The translations under genes and the position numbers were made by a program. Below the pieces are notes generated by a model that saw only the letters and a list, made by a program, of their open reading frames with translations, did no database searches and was not told where the DNA came from. Source: Octopus vulgaris (lineage: Eukaryota). From it: DNA of 64,000 nt. Within the stretch, counting starts at the first letter, position 1. Every line of letters starts with the position of its first letter. Location of the stretch: NCBI GenBank assembly GCA_951406725.2, contig OX597827.1:62248001-62312000 (forward strand), written 5' to 3'. Below are positions 28,540 to 43,279 of the stretch, one piece after another.

Positions 28540-29385
28540 GCAGTGAACCTGGCAGAATCGTTACCATTTTGGGCAAAATGCGGCTTAGCGGCATTTCGTC
28601 CGTCTTTGCGTTCTGCTTTCAAATTTCATTGAGGTCCACTTCACGTTTTGCTTTCCCGCTGTTGATAAAATACGTACCAGTTAAGTACTGGACTCACCCC
28701 TTCCACCGAAATTTCAGGCCTTGTGCCTATAGTAGAAAGGATCATTATAGTGTCAAAAGGCGGTGAGCTGGCAGAAACGGTAGCTCGTCGGGCGAAAAGC
28801 TTAGCAGTATTTCGTCTGGCGTTGCGTTCTGAGTTCAAATTCCGTCGAGGTCGACTTTGACTTTCATCCTTTCGTGGTCGATAAATTAAGAACCAGTTAC
28901 GCACTGGGGTCGATATAATCGACTTAATCCGTTTGTCTGTCTTTGTTTGTCCCCTCTGTGTTTAGCCCCTTGTGGGTAGTAAAGAAATAGGTATTTCGTC
29001 TGTCTTTACGTTCTGAGTTCAAATTCCGCCGAGGTCGACTCTGCCCTGTATCTTTACGGGCTCGATAAATTAAGTACCAGTTATGCACTGGGTTCGATGT
29101 AGTCGATTATCCCCTTCCCCCAAATTTCAGGCTTTGTGCCTATAGTAGAAAAGGATTATCATTAAAATGTCAAAAGGCGGTGACCTGGCAGAATTGTAAG
29201 TACGCTGAGTAAAATGCTTAGCATCATTTCTCCGTCTTTAGGGCTTGCGTTCAAATTCCACCAAAACCAACTTCACCTTCTACTCTTTCAGGGTCGATAA
29301 AATAAGTACCAACTGAGCACTGGGATCAATGTAATCAATAAGACTCTTCCACCAAAGTTATAGGTCTCGTCCCTAAAACAGAAAG
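28540..29385 (+). mobile_element. Head-to-tail SINE-B cluster (old; young joined to old body; old)
   Basis: Heads near 28540, 28757 and 29175; tail/body junction gaaata|ggtattt at 28990; old-type tails aaatttcaggccttgtgcctatagtag. Confidence 0.85.
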
Positions 29386-30549
29386 GGGAAAATATGCTGA
29401 AAGAAATATTACCCTTTTTTTTCTAAATCTTTTAGTTGAGAGGGAAGTCGGTGCCCATGACCATTTAAAAGCCCCCTAAAACACGTGGAAGGGAAGGAGA
29501 TCCGGTCAAAATGGTTGCAACAGAATGGACTCTGCTAAAGGTATCCAAAGCGCAAAGTGATGCTATTAAAGTGGGTGGCAGAGTAATACTACTACTCAAC
29601 TAAGCCACGACAAGATTTGAACTAAAAGACGCAAGGTATCCGGTTCAACATATTTTTATGGTTTCACCAATCCACCGTCCTGCATTGGCACGTTCTTATC
29701 AAACCTAAACGGTTGAGAAGAAAATGTTACCGCAAAAGAATTTGAACTCTGCGCACAGAAGGTCGGAACAAATACTGCGAAGCGATAAGCAGATTAAACT
29801 GCAGAGATGAATGCCACTTGAGCTGTAGTCAAATAATGGCGAAGCTACTTTAGTAATCACTAGACCAATTAATTTAGCTACTACTAATTAAGTTAGTGTT
29901 AACATATTTAGTGCAGTAATCATTATAAAAGCAAACTAGAAATAATTATACGGTAAAAGAAGACGGAAGAATATTATTCAATGACTAATAATATTTTAAT
30001 TATTTAGGAAAAAATGGGAGACAACTTTGGATGTATATCAGTATCATTATGGCCTCATCAGCGAGAAGTAAAAGTCACCGTGCGTAATTATTACTGCTCT
30101 TTTTCAAACATAAAGAACCCTAATGTTCAACGATTGCTTTGTCACATTGTAAGTGCTACATTAGAATTCTTTTCGGAATAAAGCTTGAAGAAATGTCGGC
30201 TTCGTCTGGTTCACTAATTATTAAATATACTTACTTGAAGAAGGTAGTTATACGTATGAAAATTAGGTATTCAAGCACGAGTCAAACCTGAACCAAACAC
30301 AAGTCAATAACGAACCACACTTTGGCCGTTTGATCTGCTATAAATAGCGATTAAATCTCTATTAAACTACACGACGTTTTAATAAAGTTTTCGTTAGAAT
30401 ATATTTTATTAATTATTATTATAATAAGACGAATACAATAGAACAATATTCGAGAAATGTATTATTCACAAAATTATATCTATTAAATTAATTTATACCT
30501 TACTCAACCTTTTTCAGTAATTTTATTCTAGAATACCTACTTATATCTA

Positions 30550-32080
30550 TTGGATAATCAATTTATATTTTCTACAACTTTGTATTTAAATGTAGTTTTT
30601 AAATACATATTTATTGGCATGTACACAGGATCTCCCCTTTTCTCTTCTACTTTTAAGAAGTTTGCGTTTAGAAGTTAAAATTTGGAAAATTTCATCAATA
30701 CAAATATTGCAGTGATTATTTTCAATTTTATAGGAATTAGCATGATTTATAATTTCGCACTTTTATTTTTGTCCTTTAACTCCCAAATTAATTTGCTTAG
30801 ACTGGAATTATAGGATTTGGGATGGCTTATAATTCCCCACTCTTCGTTTTTGTACTTTAACTTCCAAATTAAATTGCTTAGACTGGTGCTAGATGATTTA
30901 TTTCTGTTTCTAATTTTTTTTTCATGCTTGGCAATTCGCTTCTTTATATAATTTTCTATGGCACCTATGTAAAAATAATCCATACCGTCCGATTCCACTT
31001 TGTATCTATATACTACATTTTTTCCTTGCAACAATTTTTATGCAAACAGTTACCTTTAAATTTGCAATCACAACCTATATTCTTATTTTTCTATAGAGAA
31101 TTGCAGTCAGTATAATTTTTGTCCATGCCGTTAGTTTTTTGGTAAAGACAAGATACTACGAGGGTTGTTTCCCTTTCCTATTATTAAAATCATTTATGTT
31201 GTCCTGTAAGGAATCAGTACTACTTTTAACCGTATTATCATAGAAATTACTTAGCTTTTTATTATTAAGTGAAGATATATTCCTGAGAAGCATTAGCTGA
31301 GACAGAAAATCCAATTTGGAGTTTAGTGTCTGGAAAATAGTTTGCAAAGAGATTTAAATAAGTTACTTTTAATCTGTTTTGCTAATGGAATTATTAACCA
31401 TATAATAGTATTCTTATTAGAAATTCTATTATAATTATCTATTTGCAAGTCCATTTTATTTTTATATGTGGTATGTCGCTTTATTTAATTTGTGACCACT
31501 TCCTTTATTTAATTGGGTATCCACCTCCTTGTTGACTCAGCCTTATTTATTTTTTTTATTTATGTATTCAGAATTATAACGATTATAGACGTTGTTATGA
31601 TATGTAGACCTAGCTCTTTTGATTTTATTACTAACCTTTAGATTTATTTGTTCCATATTATTATCGTTCTGGCTGTATAATTTTTGATTACTAATTTCAG
31701 TATGTAGGATATCATTGTTATTTATTTTTACCCCTATGTCTACTCTTCTTAGATCTTTCAAATTTCAGGTTATTTTCCGTTATACCTAAGTTATTCCTAT
31801 CACTGTAGTTTTTTCATTCGGTGCATAATATTTAAACTTTTGTACATATCCTGCCTTACAAACGTCCATGTTGTAATAACCCACGTTATTGTTGAACATT
31901 TCCTCGTTTGTTGATAGATTTGAGATTCTTTTTGATATATTCCAGATCAAAGAACTTGTGACAGGTCTTGGATGATTACTTCCGATCTTTATATATCTTA
32001 GGTTAGTGTTAGGTTTATGGTAGGCTTCTCAGTGACAAGGTTAAGATTTACATCTAAGAAGTTGACTGACTCATCTCATT
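30550..32080 (-). mobile_element. Decayed Penelope-like element (RT C-terminus plus GIY-YIG endonuclease)
   Basis: SVNFLDVNLNL..YHKPNTNLRYIKIGSNHP..ISKRISNLS at 31800-32070; KNVVYRYKV..FYIGAIENYIKKRIAKH at 30900-31030; many stops. Confidence 0.85.
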
Positions 32081-32394
32081 TTCTATAGTAACTGCGGTGC
32101 TCCAGCATGGATGGAATCAAATGACTGAAATAAGTAAAAGAATTTAAGAATAATAAAATTAAAACTCAGTTAACAAAAGCCACATCGAGTGATGATGTTG
32201 ATGCACTGTTAAACAATCATATATTGATGTGTTAAAAAATAGTGTTTCGTTACATATTGTCACGCTGCTGCAATTAACAAGCTTTTGAACATTCAGAGTA
32301 GGGAAATCAACATTAGGATTTGGGAAATATAAACGCTCTAACTTACGTATGGAGTAAACATTCCCTCGTTTATATGTACATATGTTCCCCAATG

Positions 32395-32507
<113 letters not shown>

Positions 32508-32509
32508 CT

Positions 32510-32678
32510 CCCCCCTTTTTTTTAAAAAATTTTATTCCCCCCTTTTTTGTCCTCTTTCTTTCCCTTTACGATCCCTTTTGATCGAAAACCAAACCCCCTT
32601 TTTTTACCCCCAAAAGAAAAGCTCTACCTTGTAATTTGTCCTGTCTGTGTGCAGCTCTGTGTGGCTAATAAAGAAACA

Positions 32679-32680
<2 letters not shown>
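32510..32680 (+). mobile_element. L1-Tx1 3' UTR fragment within (TATC)n
   Basis: gaaaagctctaccttgtaatttgt..gtgtggctaataaagaaaca matches the minus strand of 47715-47880. Confidence 0.8.
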
Positions 32681-32761
<81 letters not shown>

Positions 32762-32977
32762 ATATCTGTCAGTCCGTCCATCCGTCTGTCTGTCTATTTG
32801 TCTGTATATATATGTTTGCATATATGTATGTCTACCTATCTATCGATTCATCGATCCATCTATCTGTCTATCTGTTGTTTGTCTTCTAATCTACATATCT
32901 GAGTTAGTTATTGAATGTGTATGTGTGCGCGCGCACATACATGTAATGTACTTTCTCTTGGAATTTCCTCCGTCTCC

Positions 32978-33014
32978 TGTTTCTGACAAAGAACTTTGCT
33001 CGAAACGTAAAACA
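32978..33014 (+). ncRNA. Minimal type I hammerhead variant, degenerate
   Basis: TGTTT-CTGACAA-A-GAAC(ttt)GCTC-GAAA-CG-TA-AAACA. Confidence 0.55.
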
Positions 33015-33174
33015 ACCTTTTTTCCTTCTTTTGAGCGTCTGCTAATACTGTGCATGTACCACGTCCTCGTGTTGTTGTTTTTTTTTCTTGCGTTTGTTCT
33101 TCGCTTTTTTGGATTTACGATAAACTAATATATGTATATATGGAGATGAAGTAGTATATGTATGTGTGTGGGTG

Positions 33175-33206
<32 letters not shown>

Positions 33207-33499
33207 TGTATGTATGTATGTATGTATGTATGTATGTATGTAGGTATGTATCTATCTATCTATCTATCTATATATGTATTCCCGTAATTTAGCGGTTCGG
33301 CAAAAGGGAACGATAGAATTAGTACTAAACTTACAAAGAATAAGACGTGCGGTTGATTTGTTCGACTAAAAGGTGGTGCTCCAGCATGGCCGCAATCATA
33401 TGACTGAAACAAATAAAAAAATAAAAGAATATATAAATATATATATATGTTTCTTTCTATCTAAATATTTATCTATCTGTCTGACTGTCTGTCTGTCTA

Positions 33500-33584
<85 letters not shown>

Positions 33585-34004
33585 ACATGTGTATGTATCT
33601 ACCTAAATGTGTATATATATACGTCTATGTATGTATATATTCTATTTATGTATTTGTATATATATATGTTTATATAGCTAGACACACAAACATACACATC
33701 CACATGCACACTACTATGCACATACACACACACAAACATAAATAAGTACACACACACACACACACAAATATACAAATAAATATACTTACATAGATGTCGA
33801 TATAATATGACGAGTTCCAAATTGAGATTAACCGCATTAACCTTCCTAATCGAATTTACCTCCCAGACAATGATGTTTGAAAAGATGCAATGCTCAGATC
33901 CACGTACCTATTGACTCTTCTGTCTGTCACCTTCTCCATCTCTTCATATACACATGCATGTATATGCATAAACACATGTATATATATATGTATATATATG
34001 TATA

Positions 34005-34041
<37 letters not shown>

Positions 34042-34300
34042 GCATATACATACGTACATATATAAATATATATATATATATATATATGTACATACATACA
34101 CACATACACACATACACACATGCATATATGTATATATATATGGACATGTATTTATGTACACACACATATACACACATACACATATATACATACCTGCTCA
34201 CACATATATGTGTGTAATTGAGTGTGTGTTTATATATTCAAGTACTTGGGTAATTATATATGTCAAAAATTTATATAGAGACATAAATGTAAATATATGC

Positions 34301-34432
<132 letters not shown>

Positions 34433-34568
34433 AAACATGCACACGCATATATAAATACAGCCATGTACATATATATATATATATGCGTGTATGTGTGTCT
34501 GTGTATGTGTATACATAAATGCATACATATATATACACATATATACTTATATATATGTCAATATACAT

Positions 34569-34602
<34 letters not shown>

Positions 34603-34621
34603 GTATATATATATATGTATA

Positions 34622-34683
<62 letters not shown>

Positions 34684-35085
34684 CATACAGTGGCACTTTT
34701 TAAAATTAATATAGATACACACGCAAATCTCGCTACACAAAGATTCTTGATGTTTGTGCGTGAGTGCACATGTTCTTCCTTGCTTTGCTTACGTGTTTCC
34801 ATATATTTGTCTCTTTCTTTTTTTTTTTTACATTTGTCTCTTATATACAATTGCACAATTGCTAAAAAAAAACTCAGAAAAACGGCAAAACGAATTAGTT
34901 AGTATATCTCATATTGCTACACACGCAGACGCACAGGCACACGCCCGCGCCCACACACACACGCACACACACACACGCATACACACGCGCATTCGCACAC
35001 TAAGTCACCCATGTAGAGGATTTTGATAAAATATTTTTTCTCACACAATTATGTAATGAAATATGTGAATGAACATATCTATATC

Positions 35086-35117
<32 letters not shown>

Positions 35118-35181
35118 TGTATGTATGTATGTATGCATGCATGCATGTATGTATGTATGTATCTATCTATCTATCTATCTA

Positions 35182-35230
<49 letters not shown>

Positions 35231-35342
35231 CACTATAAAACAGTTATATATACATATATTTGTGTGTATTTAAATACATACATACAAACATACATACATA
35301 TGTATATTTGTATATTTTTACATTATATATATGTCTTATATT

Positions 35343-35390
<48 letters not shown>

Positions 35391-35519
35391 ATCAAATACA
35401 ATCGTTTGTATGCCTGCATGTACGCATGTATGTATGAATATTTATATATGTATACACACACATACATGCATGCATGCATACATACATATATACATGCATA
35501 CATACATGTATGTATAAAC

Positions 35520-36730
<1,211 letters not shown>

Positions 36731-37122
36731 ATTATTATTACCAGTGGTCTAGCACAAAAAAGGAATTAGTCATTAGACTATATATTATTCATATAGAAAT
36801 ACAATAAGAGGCTTCCAAATAGGAAAGCCTTGTGCTAGAAAGAGCAGTAGAAATCTCAAAAACCAGTAAAAAAGGATAAATTCTCGAAAGGAATGAAATT
36901 TAAAAAACGTTTACCATCTCAACTATTTCCCATACCATGGTTTCTAACTATTTCCAGCAAACAAATATCCGCATATGTATATATATATATAAGAGGAATA
37001 ACCACCAAAGTGGATTCCTAATATGCTAGAAGAATGTGTTCTCAAGAATTTTCAGCAAAAGCCAGAATGTAAACCGAGCAAGACAAATGAAAAGATACAA
37101 AATTTGGCTATAAACTACATAC

Positions 37123-38075
37123 CTAGATACTCATGTCAATAAACACATCTTTTTTTGTCTGATCTTTTATGATAATATCCGGTTTATTAGCTTTTATAGT
37201 TTTGTCGGTATGTACGGGGAAGTCCCATAGAATCGACACATTTTCTCCCTCAGTCACAGCTTCAGGGTGGTGTTTATACCATTTGTCAGCGGTTTTGATT
37301 TTATAATGCCGACATATTGTCCAATGTAAATACTGGCCGACTCTGTCATGTCTTGCTTTATATTCTACAGGGGCTAAGACTCTACACCCTGAGATTAGGT
37401 GGTCTATCTCATCGTTACAGAATCGGCATTTTGGGTCAGCTCCATTTTTTATCACATTGGCTTGGTAGTTCCGGGTTAATAAGCTTTGGTCTTGAGCAGC
37501 TAATATGAAACCTTCACTCTCTGCTTTTAACCCCTGAGCTTCGTAACCATTGGTGCGTGTGTTTCTGGTCGACATCAGCTTATTTGCTACAGGCCACATA
37601 CTTGCCATGCAGAGGTTTCTGTTCCCATTTGCTAGCTAATTTTTCATGTGCTTTTGTCTTTGCAATTAATTTTATTTTATTTGCAGCAGCAGTTGGTGCA
37701 TTTCCCTCAACTTGATCAATCTGGTAGGTATCTAAGAGATCAGTAGCGAATTATTTGCTCTCTTTGAGAATAGAGTGAAGTTTTTTTCGGTCTTTCATGT
37801 TTTTCAACAAGTTTTAGCATCCATTCGTTGGTTGCTTCAAGGTATTTAGCCAGTCCGATTGTGGTGGTTTTGTACATAAGTTCAAGCTGGATCAAACCTC
37901 GACCTCCCTGAGCTCTGGGAAGGTAAAGACGATCCACGTCTGCCTTAGGATGGTGCATCTTATTACAACTCAGTAGCTAGCGGATTTTTCTGTCAATTTG
38001 CATTATTTCACTGGCATTCCAGTTAAGCACATTGAAGCTTTAAAGAACAATTAGTACTGCCAAGGAATTTATGGC
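37123..38075 (-). mobile_element. R4/Dong-like fragment (post-RT region, zinc knuckle, start of REL endonuclease)
   Basis: MHHPKADVDRLYLPRAQGGRGL; AAQDQSLLTRNY; CRFC...HLISGC; RHDRVGQYLHW; ILWDF...NKPDIII; frameshifts; abuts (TTA)n. Confidence 0.9.
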
Positions 38076-38187
<112 letters not shown>

Positions 38188-39944
38188 GTTATTATTATTA
38201 TTATTATTGCAGCAGTATCATTGTATGTTGAGTTTGTTGCTTTGTGCTTACAGCTTTTCTATTGTTTTAAACTTATTTTCTGTAATATATGTGTTTTCAA
38301 TCATTCTCCTTTTTCATTCTGATTATCACTTTTTCCAGATCTTTATATTTTGAATAATTCATAATTTTTCTATTATTTCAGAGTTACATTGTCCTTTCTT
38401 TTGAATATCTACGTCAATTAAGAAACATATTTTCTTGATATCCTCTGACAATGATATCCGGACAAATTTCCTTACTCTCTCTACTCGTACAAACGATAGT
38501 TTTCCAGAATATAGTCAAATTCTTTACTGTGTGATTGCTTGAATTGTGTATATTTGCGCCATCTATTTTCTCTGCGTATTTTCCTGAAAGCTCGTAGAGC
38601 TTCTAAAGTGTTATATCGCCAACACAGACGCATATATTCAATTTTAGTTAAAACCGATAAATCGGAAACTACTGTGTTTGATGGCCTCCGAGATGGTATC
38701 AAAGAGTTCCCGGACTAGTCCTGTAACGCGCCAACAGATAACACAACACGGTTGCGTGCGCATATAACAATCCAGAGTACGAAGTCTTGGATGTGACTTC
38801 AAAATGCATCCGGAAGTTTCAAGGTTTTGAGAAGTGCAGAACTACCGCTCAACCACTATTGTTCCCAGGTCTATTCTGATTCGGAGTTGTAGTACTTGCC
38901 GTATGAGTCTCTGCGCGAACTCATGCGATAGACCAACGGCATCAGCAATGTCGTTGATTGTCCTAACCATTAGGCCACGCGTCTAGAAACAAATAATACA
39001 GTCTTCAATTTTTGTTTACATGTTTTGTAAAAATTTGTATTATTCTCCATTGCTTTCTAAAAACGTGTAACGATAAAAAAAATATTTCACTTTAGTAGTC
39101 ACTAGAGTAACGATGTGCGTAAGATGAAAGATGGATGCAATGACAAGAGAATCGTGTGAAGTTCCAGATACAAAAATATTTTTCTATCGTTAAACAAAGC
39201 AATGTGCTGTTACTTCGAACAATAGAAAAGAAGTGTTTACATCAAATTAAATAGTTCAACACTGTGAATTTGTGATCGTTCCCATACAATGTTAGTTTGC
39301 TTACTTCCCGATAACGTAGCTATTGGTTGTTTATGTATCCTCTAACGTTCGACAAAAGAGTCGATTGAATAAGAAGAGAAACAGACTATACAAGAAGTTT
39401 ATAAATAGAATATACAAGAAGTTTATTAAGTATTTCAACAAATGAGAGTATTGCATGTCGAATAGACAGTAGTCGTGAGTGATGTCTGTTCTAGCAGCTG
39501 ACTAGCTTAAGCTGTGTCACTACTGTCTGTTGTTGTGGCATTCCATAGATGCTGTTGAGTGCCGTAGAACCTTGCAGCCATGTTTTACTTCGCTGACTTA
39601 TAGACATTGGTAAGCTGGTTGATAAACGCACTATAGGTAGGTATTGGTGTTACCAATGACAGTGTCCAAAGCAAAATGTTAGTGACATCTTGCTTCTACC
39701 AGAGATTCGAGTGGTCATTTTTTGCTGTCATCAATTATTGAGTGAATTGCGTTTGTGTCAATACATTGATCTGTATCAAATATTTGATTGGTCAGTTATT
39801 CGCTGGCGTCATCAAGCACTAACAAAATCCTGACCGTGTCTTTACGCTGAAACACAGTGATCCGGATTCGATTCCTATGCAGTAAGCTGCTGTTTAGGGC
39901 TCTGCCATATATCCCTGCAACTTACGTTTGTAAATTTACAGTAG

Positions 39945-40815
39945 GTCTCAAACTTTGGCACAAGGTCAACATTTTTAGGAGAGGAAGAGACTCGATTACA
40001 TTGACCCCGGGGCTTGAAAGATACGAATTTTATCGATCCCGAAAGGATGAATGGTAAAGTTGTCACCAATGGGACAACTTTCAGAATCTAAAGAGGCAGA
40101 GAAAATCGCACTCTCTATTTTATGCGGCATGCCAATGATTCTGCTTGATTGCCATATTAACAAGAGATATTCATAATCCTTTCTATTATAGGTAAAAGGT
40201 CTGAAATTTTTGGGGAAGGACCAAGTCAATTACATTAAGCCCAGTGCTCAACTGGTACTTATTTTAGCGATCCCGAAAGCATAAAGCACGAAGTCAATCC
40301 CGGCAGTATTTGAACTCAGAACGTAAAGAGCCGTAAAAAATACCGCCTTGTATTTAATCCAGTGCATTAATGATTCAGTCTTAACAAGCGATATTTAATC
40401 GTTTTTCTTAGTTTCGGCACAGGGCCAGCACATTTTCATGGGAGCTGGAGTAGGAGGTTAAGATGATAACATCAGCTCTAGTGCTTCACTGATACTATAA
40501 TCTATTCGGCCCCGAAAATATGAACGGTAAAGTCGACTTCGGCGGAATTTGAACTTAGAACAAAATGCCAGAAGAAATGCCTGTTTCTTTACTACCCACA
40601 AGGGGCTAAACATAGAGGGGACAAACAAGGACAGACAAACGGATTAAGTCGATTATATCGACTCCAGTGCGTAACTGGTACTTAATTTATCGACCCCCGA
40701 AAGGCTGAAAGGCAAAGTCGACCTCGGCGGAATTTGAACTCAGAACGTAACAGCAAACGAAATACGGCTACGCATTTCGCCCGGCGTGCTAACGTTTCTG
40801 CCAGCTCGTTGCCTT
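39945..40815 (-). mobile_element. SINE-B cluster: young copy (40582-40815) joined to old body (40410-40581), plus two old copies
   Basis: Near-consensus unit continues into a visibly more diverged body at the usual head position. Confidence 0.82.
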
Positions 40816-41604
40816 AACAAGGCATAACAAATAAATAAATCTTTCTGCAACTAGAGGGAGTCCTTCTTGTTGCAGAAGGATTCTACCTCCCTGTATTACG
40901 TAGTAAATATGATTTTACTGAGTCGGTTGTTTGCTTCGTATATTCTAAATATAGTCATTCTTTTACTTGTTTTTCTTTTTTGTCTCTGATCATGATAATT
41001 CATTTTACTTCACGCTGAGAAGATGATAACCAGAACATATTTACTTGAACAATACCGACAATATTGTCGTTGGGGGTATTGCTTTTGGCATTTAATTCAG
41101 TTTTATGTATTAATATAATGTGTGAGCATAAGATTTCATCATTTTCTTTCATTTATATTTGTATAGTGTTTTGTTTAGTTAATTAATTTGCAAGTCTATG
41201 TGTAGTCTGCTTCGGTTATTTCTGTTTTCCCCGTCTAAAACGATAGTGAGTTTTATTATGTTTCTCCCGAATCTCAGTTGTTTTCGAGTATATTTACAGC
41301 CGGACTTTTCGTTGCAATATCCCTGTCTAATCATATAAAAGAAAATATCCAGTTGTTAATCATCTCCAGCGTAACAAAGCAGAAATCGTTTTTACAGAGG
41401 AGTACAGGAGATGTAATTTTGACACAAAGCCAGCGATTAGGAGGGGGCAAGTCGATTACATCGATCCAGGACTTGCCTTGCACTTAATTTTATCGTGACA
41501 GGCTCATGACAGTTTTTCATGAAAGGTTCAATGCCTGTGCTTGTTATTGGTGGATGCTTATTCTTATGATATTGAAGTTATGAATATTCAGATGTTATAA
41601 ACAT

Positions 41605-41769
41605 GGGCGCAGGAGTGGATGAGTAGTAGGAAGCTTGCCTCTCAGCCATATGATTCCGGGTTCTGTCCCACTGCGTGGCACCTTGGGGGCAAGTGCTTTC
41701 TACTATAGACTCGGGCCAATCAAAGCCTTGTGAGTGGAATTGGTTGACGGTAACTGAAAGAAGCCCGTC

Positions 41770-41837
<68 letters not shown>

Positions 41838-42020
41838 TTGTCTCCACTACCACCATCGCTTGACAATCGATGGTGTGTTTACGTTCCCGTAATCTAGTGG
41901 TCGGCAAAAGAGACCGATAGAATAAGTACTAGGCTAACAAAGAATAAGCCCTGGGGTCGATTTGTTCGACTAAATGTGGTGCTCCAGTATGGCCGCAGTC
42001 AAATAACGGAAACAAGTATA
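41605..42020 (+). mobile_element. Full-length SINE-A
   Basis: Colinear with 19662-20075. Confidence 0.88.
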
Positions 42021-42098
42021 AAAAAATATTAAAAAAATTGTGCTTAATTCTTGTATAATCCCTTTTAATGAACTAAATGAAGGGTCATTTCGTCTATG

Positions 42099-42182
42099 AG
42101 AAACAGACCACCACCTGAGTGAATTAGACCACCATCTGAGTCTATTAGACCACCACCTGAGTCTATTAGAAACAGACCACCA
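42099..42182. repeat. 21-bp minisatellite, about 3.5 copies
   Basis: agaccaccacctgagtctatt units. Confidence 0.8.
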
Positions 42183-42795
42183 AAGGTGGCGAGCTGGCTG
42201 GAGCGTTAGCACGCCGGGCGAAATGCTTAGCGATATTTCGTCTGACGTTACGTTCTGAGTTCAAATTCCGCCGAGATCGACTTTGCCTTTCATCCTTTCG
42301 GGGTCGATCAATAAGTACCAGTTACGCACTGGGGTCGATATGATCGACTTAATCCGTTTCTCTGTCCTTGTTTGTCCTCTCTGTGTTTAGCCCCTTGTGG
42401 GTAGTTAAGAAATAGGTATTTCGTCTGCCGCTACGTACTGAGTTCAAATTTCGCCGAGATCGACTTTGCCTTTCATCCTTTCGAGGTCGATAAATTAAAT
42501 ACCAATTACGCACTGGAGTCGATGTAATCGACTTTATTCCTTTGTCTGTCCTTGTTTGTTCCCTCTATCTTTAGCTCCTTTTGGGCAATAAAGATATAAG
42601 AAACGTTAGCACGCTGGGCGAAATGCTTAGCGGTATTTCGTCTGTCTTAACGTTCTGAGTTCAAAATCTGCCGTATGAGTTCAAAATCTGCCTTTCGGAA
42701 TCGACTTTGCCTTTCATCCTTTCGGGCCGATCTAATCGACTGTCCCCTCCTCCCACGAAATTTCGGGCCTTATGCCTAGAGTAGAAAAGAACATA
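42183..42795 (+). mobile_element. SINE-B trimer
   Basis: Junctions gaaata|ggtattt (42415) and gatata|agaaacgttagcac (42599); last unit has the old-type tail. Confidence 0.88.
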
Positions 42796-43279
42796 TTAGC
42801 AAGCTCGCTTGCTATACTGTAAAGAGGAAACGTAGACTGATTTGCTTCTTGCAAGATATTGCATGGACACAATTCATAATAACTAATCAACGAGCTTTAT
42901 TATTAATCCTCTCAGATATAAAATATGAAGCTTTGTTTAGCTTCAGTCCTTAGTTATTTCTGAAACATGCAAACCTAACGCATAAAATACAAAACTATGC
43001 AAACACGCAAGACCTTGAAGCATTTCTATGTATACAAATTTCTTTGTGTATACCGCATCATGTGATCTTGGTCTACCATCCACCATAATCCTGGAACTGT
43101 GAGGAGCTCAAACTATTGAAATGGCCATGTAAAGATCTGTTGGAATTCGTGCATCGGCTAGAAAACATTCTTTATAGATGCATAGTTTTTAAATTTCTTT
43201 TAGCGATATATCTCTTAGAATATAGTTTTAGAGTTTCCATTGGTGAATTTTTAAGTGTTTATATTTCACCAATGAACAT

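Noticed and set aside
38688-38765. Possible mariner TIR fragment
   Set aside because: No partner TIR or transposase found; too short to support.
39549-39609. Possible 61-bp exon (catag ... gtaag)
   Set aside because: Splice-like signals only; no recognisable peptide or partner exon.
42099-42182. CRISPR-like short repeats
   Set aside because: Contiguous minisatellite without spacers.
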